Assembly (NCBI GenBank): GCA_963768055.1
Contig: CAVYGN010000001.1
Coordinates: forward strand, 928,001-992,000
Reading direction: 5' to 3'
Origin: an uncultured Spirochaetota bacterium
GTDB lineage: Bacteria; Spirochaetota; Brevinematia; Brevinematales; JAOACQ01
Length of the DNA stretch: 64,000 nt
Each line of letters starts with the position of its first letter. The stretch's first letter is position 1. The notes beneath the pieces were generated by a model. It saw nothing but the letters and a program-made list of their open reading frames with translations, had not been told where the DNA came from and made no database searches. A program made the translations under genes and the position numbers. Of this stretch, positions 30,693-41,900 are shown in pieces.

Positions 30693-31586
30693 ATGAGAAC
30701 TATGTTTTTATCAGTTCTTTTAATTATTCCTGCAATTTTATCGGCTTTCGAACATCCGAAACAAATCGGCATTGCTTATATTTACAGCGACAAGGTAAAT
30801 GTCAGAGAAAATCCCGGCTTATCAGGAAAGGTAATTACCAACATAAGCGCCGGAACCGAAATTGAAATACTATCAAAATGCGATAATTTCGACAGAATCG
30901 ACCAATCTATTGTCCTGGACGCTTATTTTACTAACGGCAACGGAACCATTAAAAAAGCGCCGGTTTATACCAATTCTTTTGTCGATTACTGGTATAAAAT
31001 TAAAATAAATGATTTAACCGGGTTTGTCTGGGGAGGATTCATAGCGAACAATTATTTAGCAATAGATAAAAATAGTATGAATTTTCTTGTCCTGATAAGA
31101 AATTTCAGCGAGCATGTTTCTTATTCTTATCATATCGATCAAACCAAATTTCATAACCGGGGCGATAACAAAGATGCACTTTCATGCAAATTTATTGAAA
31201 ACAATAAAATAATTTTTGAAAAAAAAGACTTATATGCTATGGGAGAAGCCCGTTTTAAAAATATTACATATGAAGAATACGAGGGCTTTGACGATCCGGT
31301 CTTCCTGTTGAAAATCGATTATGAAGATATATCCGAATACGGAGAAGGATCTGGAGAAAGATTCTATTTATTGAGCGCAAATTCAATCGATCAGGAAATT
31401 GACGCCTGGGCCGGAGGGGAAGGCGGTTCCAGAAACGAGTATAAAATAATATATCCTACAAATCCTAAAGGGAAGCATAATGAGATTATAGTTGAATATA
31501 CTTTCTATGATGAGCAAAATAACAAATCGTCTTCAGCAGTAGAATATATATGGGATTCAAAAAATAAGAAATTCTTTAAAAAATAA
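30693..31586 (+). CDS. Secreted SH3b-domain protein
   Basis: Signal peptide; VNVRENPGLSGKVI...WYKIKINDLTGFVWG. Confidence 0.75.
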   Translation: MRTMFLSVLLIIPAILSAFEHPKQIGIAYIYSDKVNVRENPGLSGKVITNISAGTEIEILSKCDNFDRIDQSIVLDAYFTNGNGTIKKAPVYTNSFVDYWYKIKINDLTGFVWGGFIANNYLAIDKNSMNFLVLIRNFSEHVSYSYHIDQTKFHNRGDNKDALSCKFIENNKIIFEKKDLYAMGEARFKNITYEEYEGFDDPVFLLKIDYEDISEYGEGSGERFYLLSANSIDQEIDAWAGGEGGSRNEYKIIYPTNPKGKHNEIIVEYTFYDEQNNKSSSAVEYIWDSKNKKFFKK

Positions 31587-31642
31587 ATGGGTAACTATCC
31601 GCGAAGGAGGGCCGCTAGATGGAAGCAGATGTGATGACGACT

Positions 31643-32845
31643 CTAATGATTTAATGATTTTAACCATCTATCAATTAGATTAAACACTTCATTATTACTA
31701 TCGTAAACTTTATTAAAATGTTCTCTTGATTTGTCAAATGCCTCTTTTGCTTCATCTTTTTTATTCAATTTTACATAATAAATCCCTTTATACAAAAATA
31801 GATTTCCGGACGCTTCATCATTACTTGAAAATTTGATTATCATATTCGAATAAAATTTGTCCAGATCATCATATCTTTTGAATTGTATATAATCGCTATT
31901 TATCAGACTTAGCAACTCGGGAAAATCATACATATTGCCAAATGCTTCTTCACAAATTAAATAAGCTTTATCAAATTCGTTTTGTTTTAAATAAATAATA
32001 ATTTTTCCGTTGTAGCTTAAAAAATCTTTAGGGTCTTGTTTTATCGCTTGATCGATATCTTTTAATAAATTTTCATATTCATTCAAATTAATATATGCAT
32101 TTGCCGCCAGAATAGCGGCATCTTTTTTATAATAAAAATCCTGATATAATTCAAAAGAATTTCTTGAATATATAATAACATTATTAAAATTTTTTATCTG
32201 ATAATATGCATACGCCAAATTATAATTAGCATCAGCATTTTTTTTATTCATTTCTACTGTATTTGATAAATATTGTATAGCTTTTTGAAAATTGTTATTT
32301 AATAAATATGTCATGCCTATGTAAAACGAAGATATATCATCAAATTTCTTTAAATCTTCGGCTTTTAGCAAATTTTCCCGGGATAAATTGATAAGCTCCT
32401 CATCATTTTTAAGCCATTGTTTGTAATATTTTGAATGCACTTCATAATAATAGCACCCCAATGAATAATATAAATCAGCATTATCCGGATATTTTTTAAT
32501 TAAATTTGATAATATATCTTCAACTTTTAAAGGGTACAAAACAGAAGAACCGCTTGACATCCTTATTTTATATAAATCATCATCCGGCCCTAAGTTGCTG
32601 AAAGAAAACAATTCATGCATTATACTTTTTGAAAAATACTTAAGAGCAATATCAACTTTTTTCACCACAATTACCGGATTTTCATTATTCGGATCTTTTT
32701 CTTTTAAAATTTCAAATGCGGATTGATATTGTCTGTTTGAAATCAATTGATCTGCATCAGAAATAATGCTTTTTACATTTTCTTCACAGAATAAAGATGA
32801 AATGAGGATTAAATTAAACGAAACTATCATTAAAATTTTATTCAT
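31643..32845 (-). CDS. Secreted/lipoprotein TPR protein, AT-rich
   Basis: Signal peptide ending SSLFC, TPR repeats; visibly more AT-rich than flanks. Confidence 0.75.
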   Translation of the reverse strand: MNKILMIVSFNLILISSLFCEENVKSIISDADQLISNRQYQSAFEILKEKDPNNENPVIVVKKVDIALKYFSKSIMHELFSFSNLGPDDDLYKIRMSSGSSVLYPLKVEDILSNLIKKYPDNADLYYSLGCYYYEVHSKYYKQWLKNDEELINLSRENLLKAEDLKKFDDISSFYIGMTYLLNNNFQKAIQYLSNTVEMNKKNADANYNLAYAYYQIKNFNNVIIYSRNSFELYQDFYYKKDAAILAANAYINLNEYENLLKDIDQAIKQDPKDFLSYNGKIIIYLKQNEFDKAYLICEEAFGNMYDFPELLSLINSDYIQFKRYDDLDKFYSNMIIKFSSNDEASGNLFLYKGIYYVKLNKKDEAKEAFDKSREHFNKVYDSNNEVFNLIDRWLKSLNH

Positions 32846-33109
32846 ATTTTTCTCCGATTAGTTGTATATTATTTGTTAATCTCCTCCAGCATTCCATCCA
32901 TCGATTCCTTTTAAATTCTTATGACTCATTATACATCTAACAATTTTTTCGGGCAAGGCATTGTGATTTTATCATTATTGAAATAATAGATTTTAAGGTG
33001 TTTAAGGGGAGGACCGATCGCGAAGGAAATCTGCAGATGACCCAGATTGCACAGATGAGCGGGGGGCCAAACATAGTTTATCAAAAAACCGTTTGCAAGG
33101 GAACAAAAG

Positions 33110-33544
33110 ATCCTTGAATCGATAGATATGGATAGTTATCGGATAGAGGTACAGCAATCGCGACATATACAGGTTGAAGATGATAACTCCGAAATTGATC
33201 CGATTCTAATCGGCGGCGGGGGTAGAAAAGCCGAACCTGAACTCGACAGGCTGAGCAATATATTAAAAACCTTCAATGATCAATTCGCCAATATCAATTG
33301 GAAAGATGTAGATAAAATAGGGAAAATAATTACCGAAGAACTGCCGGTTAAAGTCTCTGCAGATAAAGCTTACCAGAATGCTATGAAACAAGATGACAGG
33401 CAGAATGCCCGGATTGAACATGATAAGGCGCTTGAAAGGGTCATAGTAGAAATGCTTAATGACCATACCGAACTGTTCAAACAATTTAAGGACAACCCCG
33501 GTTTTAAGAAATGGCTCGGTGATACGATTTTTAATTCAACCTAA
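33110..33544 (+). pseudogene. hsdR: C-terminal fragment of type I restriction subunit R
   Basis: ILESIDMDSYR...EPELDRLSNILKTFNDQF...YQNA...NARIEHDKAL...TELFKQF.DNPGFKKWL matches HsdR C-termini; nuclease/helicase part and hsdM/hsdS absent. Confidence 0.7.
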
Positions 33545-33599
33545 AAGAACAGGGTTGCATAATTCATTCGCGTCCCTTTGCGGACCTTAATCTGCGGTT

Positions 33600-35303
33600 T
33601 CAACTCTTTATTTCCCCCGGGACAGGACCGGCGGCCCCTTTATACATGATATAAGGAAAAAACTTCCTGTCCTCGGTCAATATATGACGGGCAATTAAAT
33701 CATAAGCCAGGAATTTTATCAATTCATCGAACGTCAGCTCATTGCGTTTGTATTTATCCGAGAGCATACGGGCCTTCTCGATCAGTTCGTTATGGCGTAG
33801 GATATGTTCATCTGTGAAAGGAAAACCGGCTTTCCTGATTATCGCTGTCTCATCCTGAAAATGTTTTACAATTGTTTTCAGCAGTCCTTCAATCAATAAA
33901 ATACACTCATCCCTGGGGCGGCCGCTATGAAATGCGCTCAGAAGCCTGTTAGACGACTCAAAAAGCTCTTTATGCTGTTCATCTATAACCGGATCTCCGC
34001 ACTCGTCGCTGATATTCCATACCAGCTGCATAAAATCTTTCTCTCCTTCTTTAAGAAAGCCGCCGGATGCCCGGTTGAATTCTGCAATTTCAATCCGGTT
34101 CCGGCCCCCCTGTTTGGCCCGGTAAAGGGCCTGATCAGCCAGCGACACAACCTTATTGGGTTCCGGCAGAAAGACCGCAAAAACTGTCGCTATCCCCAGG
34201 CTCGCTGTCAGAAAGCCGCCTGTACCGGAATCCGGGTTCCGGATGGAAAGGCCTTTTATGTTTTTCTGCACACGCGCCGCGATAGTTTTTGCTCCATCAC
34301 TATCCGTTTCGGGCAGTACTAAAACAAATTCTTCTCCGCCGTATCTTGCAGCCAGGTCGGCGGGCCGTGTAATAACGGATTTAATGGCTTTTGCAACCTT
34401 CCTGAGGCAATCGTCTCCGGCCAGGTGTCCGAATCGGTCATTGAACATCTTAAAATGATCGATGTCGAGCATGATTAAAGACAAAGGATCGCCCGACCGC
34501 CTCGCCCTGTAAAACTCCGAATAGAGCTTTTCATCGAAAAGCCTCCTGTTCCAGAGCCTTGTCAAACTGTCGGTCAGAGCGTCGATCTGGGCAAAATCCC
34601 TTTCGATCTCGCGCTGGCGGATAACTTTATCCGCCATCTTATTTAATTCATCCTGCATCTCCTGAGTTGTGCGCAGCACCAGCATGATCGTAATAATAGT
34701 ATTGAAGAAAATCATTCCAAGATAAAACTGGGTCTGCCCCAGGTCCGGCGTTAATATGCTTGTGAGATTGCGGCTGAAAATGCTCAAAGCCCTCCATATG
34801 CATGAAGCCATAAGCAAAAGAAGCATTATTCCCACAATCAGCATTGTTGATTTTCTATTTGTACTGTAATATTTAAGGCATACGTAAACAGTGTATCCGT
34901 CAAATAACAGCATCGCGATGCTGAATATGAGCACGCGCATCACATAATCCGGATTAAAAACGCCGTACCAGAATATTGCTGACAATGCGGCTGCAGATAC
35001 AGCAATACCCGGCGCCCAGGGAATGCGCCGGCCGGCAGAGCTTATAATTCCGGAATTAAAAATCATCCATCCTGGTATAATAAAAATATTTGCGAGAATT
35101 ACCGAGATCCATACCGGGGCAAGGCCTCTTAAAGTAACCATGAGAACACCAATGGCGACCAGGATTAATCCCATGGCCCAGAATCCGGCAGGCTTGTAAT
35201 GACTGTGATTTTTCCATACGATCAGCATGGCTATGGTCTGTGAAACCTGCAGAAGTGTGTAAGTAAAAAGGAGCGTCCGGAAGTCTAATTGGATGACAGG
35301 CAC
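33600..35303 (-). CDS. Membrane diguanylate cyclase with C-terminal hemerythrin-like domain
   Basis: About 7 TM, DIDHFK, RPAD I-site + GGEEF; C-terminal W..G...IDEQH, HFQDE, H...H and HILTED. Confidence 0.88.
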   Translation of the reverse strand: MPVIQLDFRTLLFTYTLLQVSQTIAMLIVWKNHSHYKPAGFWAMGLILVAIGVLMVTLRGLAPVWISVILANIFIIPGWMIFNSGIISSAGRRIPWAPGIAVSAAALSAIFWYGVFNPDYVMRVLIFSIAMLLFDGYTVYVCLKYYSTNRKSTMLIVGIMLLLLMASCIWRALSIFSRNLTSILTPDLGQTQFYLGMIFFNTIITIMLVLRTTQEMQDELNKMADKVIRQREIERDFAQIDALTDSLTRLWNRRLFDEKLYSEFYRARRSGDPLSLIMLDIDHFKMFNDRFGHLAGDDCLRKVAKAIKSVITRPADLAARYGGEEFVLVLPETDSDGAKTIAARVQKNIKGLSIRNPDSGTGGFLTASLGIATVFAVFLPEPNKVVSLADQALYRAKQGGRNRIEIAEFNRASGGFLKEGEKDFMQLVWNISDECGDPVIDEQHKELFESSNRLLSAFHSGRPRDECILLIEGLLKTIVKHFQDETAIIRKAGFPFTDEHILRHNELIEKARMLSDKYKRNELTFDELIKFLAYDLIARHILTEDRKFFPYIMYKGAAGPVPGEIKS

Positions 35304-35533
35304 CTTAGGCCCTCCATTATTGATTATTGAATAATATTATAATAAATCCCGGATAATGACAAGAGCCGCGTTTGTGCGTTGAAAACTGATATGAAATATC
35401 ATACGATGTTAATTGAAATCGGAGATTCCAGTCAGGTTGATATATTTATCTTATTGACAATATTTTTTCATTTTATTATAATGCCCATCATGCCAAAAAC
35501 TTTAAAAATAATTTTATAAAAAGGAGAAGATTT

Positions 35534-36478
35534 ATGATTAGGAGAATTTCAGTTTCAGTTTTTTTTCTTTTGTTTTTTGGCGCAATGGTATTCACGGATG
35601 ATGTAAATCTGCCTAAAAACGGCTCGGCTGTTTATGTAAAATACCAATCGGTTTATTTTTATGTAAATGACAGCGATTTACTGAAAAAAAACGGAGATGT
35701 CAAAAACAAGAAAGTGTTTTATTTCGGAAACAAGGTTACGGTGATCGGGAATACCAAGAGAAAGGATAGTTTTTTCCTGTATGTCCAGCTGCCGGATAAA
35801 ACCAAATATTGGGCCCCTTTGGATTATTTGACGACCAGGTTTATTGTAATAACCGGAAACGATGTTGCCACTTACAGCCAGCCTGATGAAAGTTATGCGA
35901 CAAAGGTCAAGCTTCAGCCCGGGGTACTCGGTTATTTTGCAAAAGAGGATGGCGGTTTTGTTAATGTCGATTTCAACTGCTATATGCCTGTTAATAACAA
36001 GGGAGTATGGCTTGGAAATTTATGGATCAAAAACGAAGGATTTACAGACGATTTAAAAACAGCTGAACAGGCCAGTTATTTAATAATGGCGTATTATTTA
36101 TTATACGGCAAGGGAACCGATTCAAAGGGTGCGATGAGCGAATTGAAAGCTGGCCTTTCCGCCACCGAAGAAACGGCGATTACTCCTGTATTGAAAGATT
36201 TGATATCGAAACTGGGCGGGGCGGCCCCTGCTTCCGTCGAGACGATAGTCGGGAACTATTATACCACGACCATTGATGATTATAAATTGAGAGAAACTCC
36301 TGATGCAAACGGGAATGTTATCCGTGCAATTGTAAAAGGAGAAAAATTGAAACTTTTGGAAAAAGGCGATGAAGCTACCGTCGATGGAATAAAAGGCACC
36401 TGGGTAAAACTGGAAACGGAAAAGGGCGAGACAGGATGGTGCCTTGATTCTTACCTTGCCGAAGCAAAAGATCAATAG
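35534..36478 (+). CDS. Secreted SH3-domain protein
   Basis: Signal peptide; C-terminal KLRETP...WVKLETEKGETGW SH3b motif; TTGACA-N17-TATAAT promoter upstream. Confidence 0.75.
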   Translation: MIRRISVSVFFLLFFGAMVFTDDVNLPKNGSAVYVKYQSVYFYVNDSDLLKKNGDVKNKKVFYFGNKVTVIGNTKRKDSFFLYVQLPDKTKYWAPLDYLTTRFIVITGNDVATYSQPDESYATKVKLQPGVLGYFAKEDGGFVNVDFNCYMPVNNKGVWLGNLWIKNEGFTDDLKTAEQASYLIMAYYLLYGKGTDSKGAMSELKAGLSATEETAITPVLKDLISKLGGAAPASVETIVGNYYTTTIDDYKLRETPDANGNVIRAIVKGEKLKLLEKGDEATVDGIKGTWVKLETEKGETGWCLDSYLAEAKDQ

Positions 36479-36497
36479 TTGTTAAAAATGTTTAATA

Positions 36498-36550
36498 AAG
36501 GGGCCTCATGCTTATATCTTGATTATAAGGATTCCGGCCCCTGCTTTTTT
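36498..36550 (+). terminator. Probable terminator
   Basis: GGGGCC...GGCCCC stem followed by a T run after the SH3 gene. Confidence 0.45.
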
Positions 36551-36573
36551 ATAAGTTTTAAAATTCCTCCTTT

Positions 36574-38913
36574 TTGAGGATTTTTTATCATGATATCTGC
36601 CTTATGATTATCGATAAAATAAGGATATTCCTTTCCGGACGCGTTATTCCACTGCTTAATATTAAAAACCTCCCATATTTTTTTGCAGGCCTGGCGGCGC
36701 TTGCAGCGGTTTATTTAATTATGCCGTATCCCGATTCCTACCTTACGGGTTTTAACCGCTCCATAAGAATACTGGATAGGAATGAAGAATTGCTCCTCGA
36801 ATTAACCCCGTACCAATCGGGATTTATGACTTATACCGGACTTGATAAGATATCGCCCGGTTTCCTGGACCTGCTTCTTTATTCCGAAGACAGGAAGTAT
36901 TATCAGCATATTGGAATAAGGCCGCTTTCAATGGCCCGTGCAATGGCAGGCAACATAAAAAACTGGAGGTTTGTTTCAGGCGGTTCGACTATCACCCAGC
37001 AATTGGTTAAGATCCGCTGTGGCATTAAACGCAATAACTGGCTGACCAAATTTCTTGAAATATTCAGGGCTTTAAGGCTAAATATCCATTTTTCGAAACG
37101 GGATATCCTCGAATCCTATATTAACCAGGTTTTTATGGGAAATCATACATACGGGGTCGGTGAGGCGGCGAGAGTGTATTTTAACAAGGAAGCGTACAAT
37201 TTATCCCTGCTTGAATCGGCCGCTTTAATTTGCGTTATAAGAGAACCCAATCACCTTGATTTAAGGAAAAATATGTTCGAAGCCCAGGCAAAAGCCCTGG
37301 AATTGCTCGAAAATGCGAAGAAGGACAATATAATTTCCTTAGAAGATTTGAATGCCGCGAAAAGTTCCAGGCTGAATGTTCATTACGAGCATCAAAATCA
37401 ATATGCCCCGCATTTTGCATTGTGGGCGCTGGAAGAAGCCCGGAAACTGGTCCCGGAACAAGAAAATATCAAGGAAGTTATCACAACACTGGATTTAAAA
37501 TTATACCTGGACCTTGTCGAAATCTGTAAGAACCGCATCCGGCTTATGAAGAAAAACAACGCTCATGACCTTGGATTGGTATGCATTGACAATCAGTCTA
37601 TGGAAGTATTAGCCATGGTGGGTTCCCTGGATTATTACAGCGAAGGCGGTATGATTAACGCGGCGCTGATCAAAAGACAGGCCGCATCTACCATGAAGGC
37701 CTTTACATATGCACTGGCACTGGATTCCGGGCAGTTTACCGCTTCCACCGTTTTGCCCGATATATATACGGAATTCCCCTCAGTGATAGGGAAATACATA
37801 CCAAGAAATTATAATTCGCTGTTCCATGGGCCTGTCCGCCTTTCGGTTGCGTTCGGAAGTTCATATAATGTCCCTGCTGTTTATACCTTGAATAAAATCG
37901 GCCTGCATGCATATTATAATTTTCTTAAGAAGGTCGGGTTCGATTCCATTGAAAAACCGGCCGATTATTACGGACTCGGCCTGACACTCGGGAATGCCGA
38001 TGTCACGCTCCTTGAACTGGTAAGGGCCTACAGCATATTTCCGAATTCCGGAAAATACGGCAATATTACAGGATTGAGATTTGTCAGGACGGCAAAGGGT
38101 AAAGTTTATAAACCGGTTAAAAAAATTATAGTCAATGTAATACAGCCTGAAACAGCTTTTTTAATAAGCCACATCCTTTCTGATTATAAATATAAAGCCC
38201 CGGGGTTCGGCGCTAATTCTCCAATACATTTTCCGTTTCCCCTGGCGGTTAAAACCGGAACTTCAAAGGATTTCAGAGATAATTTTATCGTCGCTTTCGA
38301 TAAAAACATCACTCTTGGAATATGGAATGGGAATCTTACGGGAGAGCCGATGAGAAATCTCCCGACCGCTGTCGGAGGAGGCATAATTTTGCGGGATATA
38401 GCCATATACCTGTCGAACCATGGGCATTCTTTCAGCCAGGCAGTTCCTGACGGATTGAATATAGTTCAGGAGAGGATTTGCAAACTTTCAGGAATGCTTG
38501 CCGGGCCGGAATGCGACTCAGATTATGAATATTTCATCAAAGGCACGGAGCCGAAGGATAACTGCGACTGGCATCACAGCCGGACAGTCGAGTTCCCCGA
38601 TGAATATATGAAATGGGCTTCGGAAAATTATATCGACAAAGTCCGGATTAAGCCTGCCGATGACCTCCGGATAATATACCCGGTCGACGGCGATATATTT
38701 CAAATAAGCGCTGAAATACCCGATCGGTCTCAGCAGATAACATTTAAGGCAAATTCGAAATATCCTGATGTGGTATGGTTTATTAACGGCAGGAAGATCG
38801 CCGGGGGTAAAAATGCGTTGTGGCAGCTTCAGCCGGGCGAGTTCCAGGTTGAAGCCTGCGCAGATTCGGGGAATGTTTCAAACAGTATAAAAATAATCGT
38901 AGTGAAAGAATAA
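36574..38913 (+). CDS. pbpC: Penicillin-binding protein 1C
   Basis: TG motifs EDRKYYQH and GGSTITQQL; TP motifs STMK, SYN and KTGTS; C-terminal BiPBP_C-like region; adjacent to A2M; start uncertain. Confidence 0.88.
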   Translation: MRIFYHDICLMIIDKIRIFLSGRVIPLLNIKNLPYFFAGLAALAAVYLIMPYPDSYLTGFNRSIRILDRNEELLLELTPYQSGFMTYTGLDKISPGFLDLLLYSEDRKYYQHIGIRPLSMARAMAGNIKNWRFVSGGSTITQQLVKIRCGIKRNNWLTKFLEIFRALRLNIHFSKRDILESYINQVFMGNHTYGVGEAARVYFNKEAYNLSLLESAALICVIREPNHLDLRKNMFEAQAKALELLENAKKDNIISLEDLNAAKSSRLNVHYEHQNQYAPHFALWALEEARKLVPEQENIKEVITTLDLKLYLDLVEICKNRIRLMKKNNAHDLGLVCIDNQSMEVLAMVGSLDYYSEGGMINAALIKRQAASTMKAFTYALALDSGQFTASTVLPDIYTEFPSVIGKYIPRNYNSLFHGPVRLSVAFGSSYNVPAVYTLNKIGLHAYYNFLKKVGFDSIEKPADYYGLGLTLGNADVTLLELVRAYSIFPNSGKYGNITGLRFVRTAKGKVYKPVKKIIVNVIQPETAFLISHILSDYKYKAPGFGANSPIHFPFPLAVKTGTSKDFRDNFIVAFDKNITLGIWNGNLTGEPMRNLPTAVGGGIILRDIAIYLSNHGHSFSQAVPDGLNIVQERICKLSGMLAGPECDSDYEYFIKGTEPKDNCDWHHSRTVEFPDEYMKWASENYIDKVRIKPADDLRIIYPVDGDIFQISAEIPDRSQQITFKANSKYPDVVWFINGRKIAGGKNALWQLQPGEFQVEACADSGNVSNSIKIIVVKE

Positions 38914-38927
38914 ACGGGGAGGTTCAA

Positions 38928-41900
38928 ATGTTTATTTTTAAACGGGCCCTTATTTTTTCTCTGGCAGCTTTGGTGTTCTCTTCCATATATCCTCTCGAAA
39001 AGGTAAAAGTAATTTATTTGCAGAAACTGGACAGCGGAAGCGACTTTTCCGAGGGAGGATTTTACAGGAGAGGCAATCTATATGGGGAAGGCGGGCAGCT
39101 TACCATTTCTTTTGATAAGCCCGTATTTAAATTATCGGACATTGACGCTATGAAAAGTGAAATACAGAAAAAAATCAAGCTCAAAATTACCCCTGAAATT
39201 AAAGGCGAATTCAGGCCTATAGGAACCCAGCAGGCGGCTTTTGTATTCAGGCAAAAACTGAAACCCTCTACCCGGTATGTGGTTGAAATTAACGTGGAGG
39301 AAATAAAATCGATCGACGGCGGGAATGTGACCGTTTTAATTAATCATATAAAGCTTGAGAACGGTCAGTTTGAATTCATGACTGAAAAATTGAGGGTTCT
39401 TAATTTACGGACTGGGGAAAATCTTGACGATCCGATATTTGTATTTTTTAGCTGGCCCGTCGATCCCAATAATTTGAAAAAAGAATTAAAAATAACGGAA
39501 GGATCAGTTTTAAATATCGAATATTCCATATTCTCCGTCATAAACACAAACTATATAGAAAGCAACGGGTTAACCTACGGTTACATCTATAAAAACCCGA
39601 GGGCTTTTGAAATATTGACTGCAAAGAGGAAACCCGGAAGTCAGTATTCCATAAGTATAAGCCAGGACCTGCATCCAATAGACGGGGAACTTGGTATGGA
39701 TAGGGAGTATGAATATTCTTTTAATACTTATAGTCCCCTGAAATACATTGACATTTCAACTGGCGAGTATGATTTTATCAACCAGTCGAAAACTTTCCAC
39801 CAGGATTCTGAAATCTATTTCCGTTTCAACAACGAACTGGACCAGCGGGTAAATTTAAAAAATTCAATAACCGTCGACCCGCCTGTCAAACATTTGAATT
39901 ACCAATATAGCGGCAAATCTATAATTGTTACTGCAGATTTTACAGGGGGGCAGAACTATCATATAAAAATCATCCCTCAGGTCAAGGATAAGTACGGCCA
40001 GCTAATCAACGGACCTGTCGAAGCGGATATTCCAATTGAGCATTCTTATTCTATTCTTGGAATACCTACCGGGTACATGGTGATGGAAAATTATATCCCT
40101 ATGATCCTGCCTTTGAAAATCCGGAATATCGATAAAGTGGATTTTTATTATACAATATGCCGGACCAAGGAAGATATTGTTAATTATATCAGCCGGCCTC
40201 CAAGTGAAGATGAATTCATGAAAAGCGCCAAATTGAAACAAATTAAGGTTAAGGAGACATGGGATGTATTTTTCAATTACCGCCTGGACCTTGCCCGTTT
40301 AATACCGGTTAAACCGCCTTTTATGGTGTATATGGCAGAGGCGGATAAAAAAGTCAGCGAGAATAACCAGGACAGGATAAAACGTGCGGGCATAATCCTT
40401 TTTACCGATATGGGTTTGACAGTAAAGAGCGGCCCGTACCAGACTTTAGTATATTTGCGAAGCTTGAAAAGCAACCAGCCTGTATCCGGTGCGAATGTCT
40501 ATGAAATCCTGTTCGACAAGCAGAACAACCCCGATATCAAGTTAAAAGGTAGAACCGATTCAAAGGGGGTCTGCACCTTCCAGGGCGAATTCCCCATGCC
40601 CTTTATTATGGTTGAAAAAGACAATAAGTACTGCATAAATTATGGCAATAATAAGTATTCCAACGATTATGAATATTATGACAACAGTGATTACGGCATG
40701 GATTATAATTCGCTGTTTTATAATAAAATATCCCAAAAAAGCATCATCAACAGCGGCGATTACCGTTCATACAATATGCAAAACGCTATGATATTCACCG
40801 ACCGTTTCCTTTACAAACCGGGTGAAACGATAAATGTTAAGGGAATCATACGTTACCGGTGGGAAGACAGGTGGAATACAACCGAACAGGAAGGCTCTTC
40901 ACAACCGATCGAATTTAAAGTTTACAACAGCCGTGATGAAGAAATCACGAATACGGCCGTACAGCCGGATGCATGGGGATCTTTCCATTTCAAGATTAAT
41001 TTGAAAGATTCCGATCCGACAGGTTATTACAGGATCAGTTCCACCAATTATATCGAGTGCAGTTTCAGTGTCCAGGATTTCAAACCGGCAAAAGCCGAGA
41101 TGAGGATCATTCCAAAGAAAACCGAATATGCCTGGGGGGATAATTTTGAAGCGGACCTTATTCCCTGGTACCTTTTCGGCGCGCCTGTTATCAAACCCGT
41201 TGTGTATGATGTAAGCGTCCAGCCGATAGAATTTATAAGTTCAAAATATCCGGATTATCAGTTTTCAAGGCCTGCTGAAGACCAGGGCCAGGAACGCCGC
41301 GATTACAGTTTTACCCTGATGTCAGGCACGGATTTGCCCGACAGCTCCGGGAAGTTGTCGATAACCAAACTTATTAAAAACGATATATTTTTCGGTGATG
41401 CAGGCATTATCATATCGGCTAATACGGAACTTGACGATAAATCCAGGATTTACGGGAACAGGGCCGACATTACAGTCTTTAATCCGGTCCATGTCGGCAT
41501 CAGGGTTAATCCTTATTTTGTCAATGCCAATAAAGAATTTAAAATAGATCTTATTGCAGTCGACAACAATGATAATCCTGTAAAAAACCAGGATGTCAAA
41601 ATGGAAATTGACAAGGTAGATTGGAAATCCTACCAGAAGGTGGGCGTCAACGGCAGGCTGGAATGGTATTCCGAGAATACTAAAACCAGGGTAAAAAGCG
41701 CCGACCTGCAGATTGGGAAAGAAGAGTATCCGCTGACCATCAATGAACCGGGATTTTATGAAGTAAAAGTAACATCAAAAATCCGCAGTCATGATATGGT
41801 AAGCCATGGTTCTTTTTACGTGTTGGGACCGGGCTGGGTAGGCTGGTCTATGGATAACAGTTATACTATAAGCCTTGACAGCGATAAAAAGGCGTACAGG

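Noticed and set aside
32925..32945. Integron attC/R' site (GTTAGAT on the minus strand upstream of the AT-rich TPR gene)
   Set aside because: Only a 7-mer; no matching R''/L boxes or intI found
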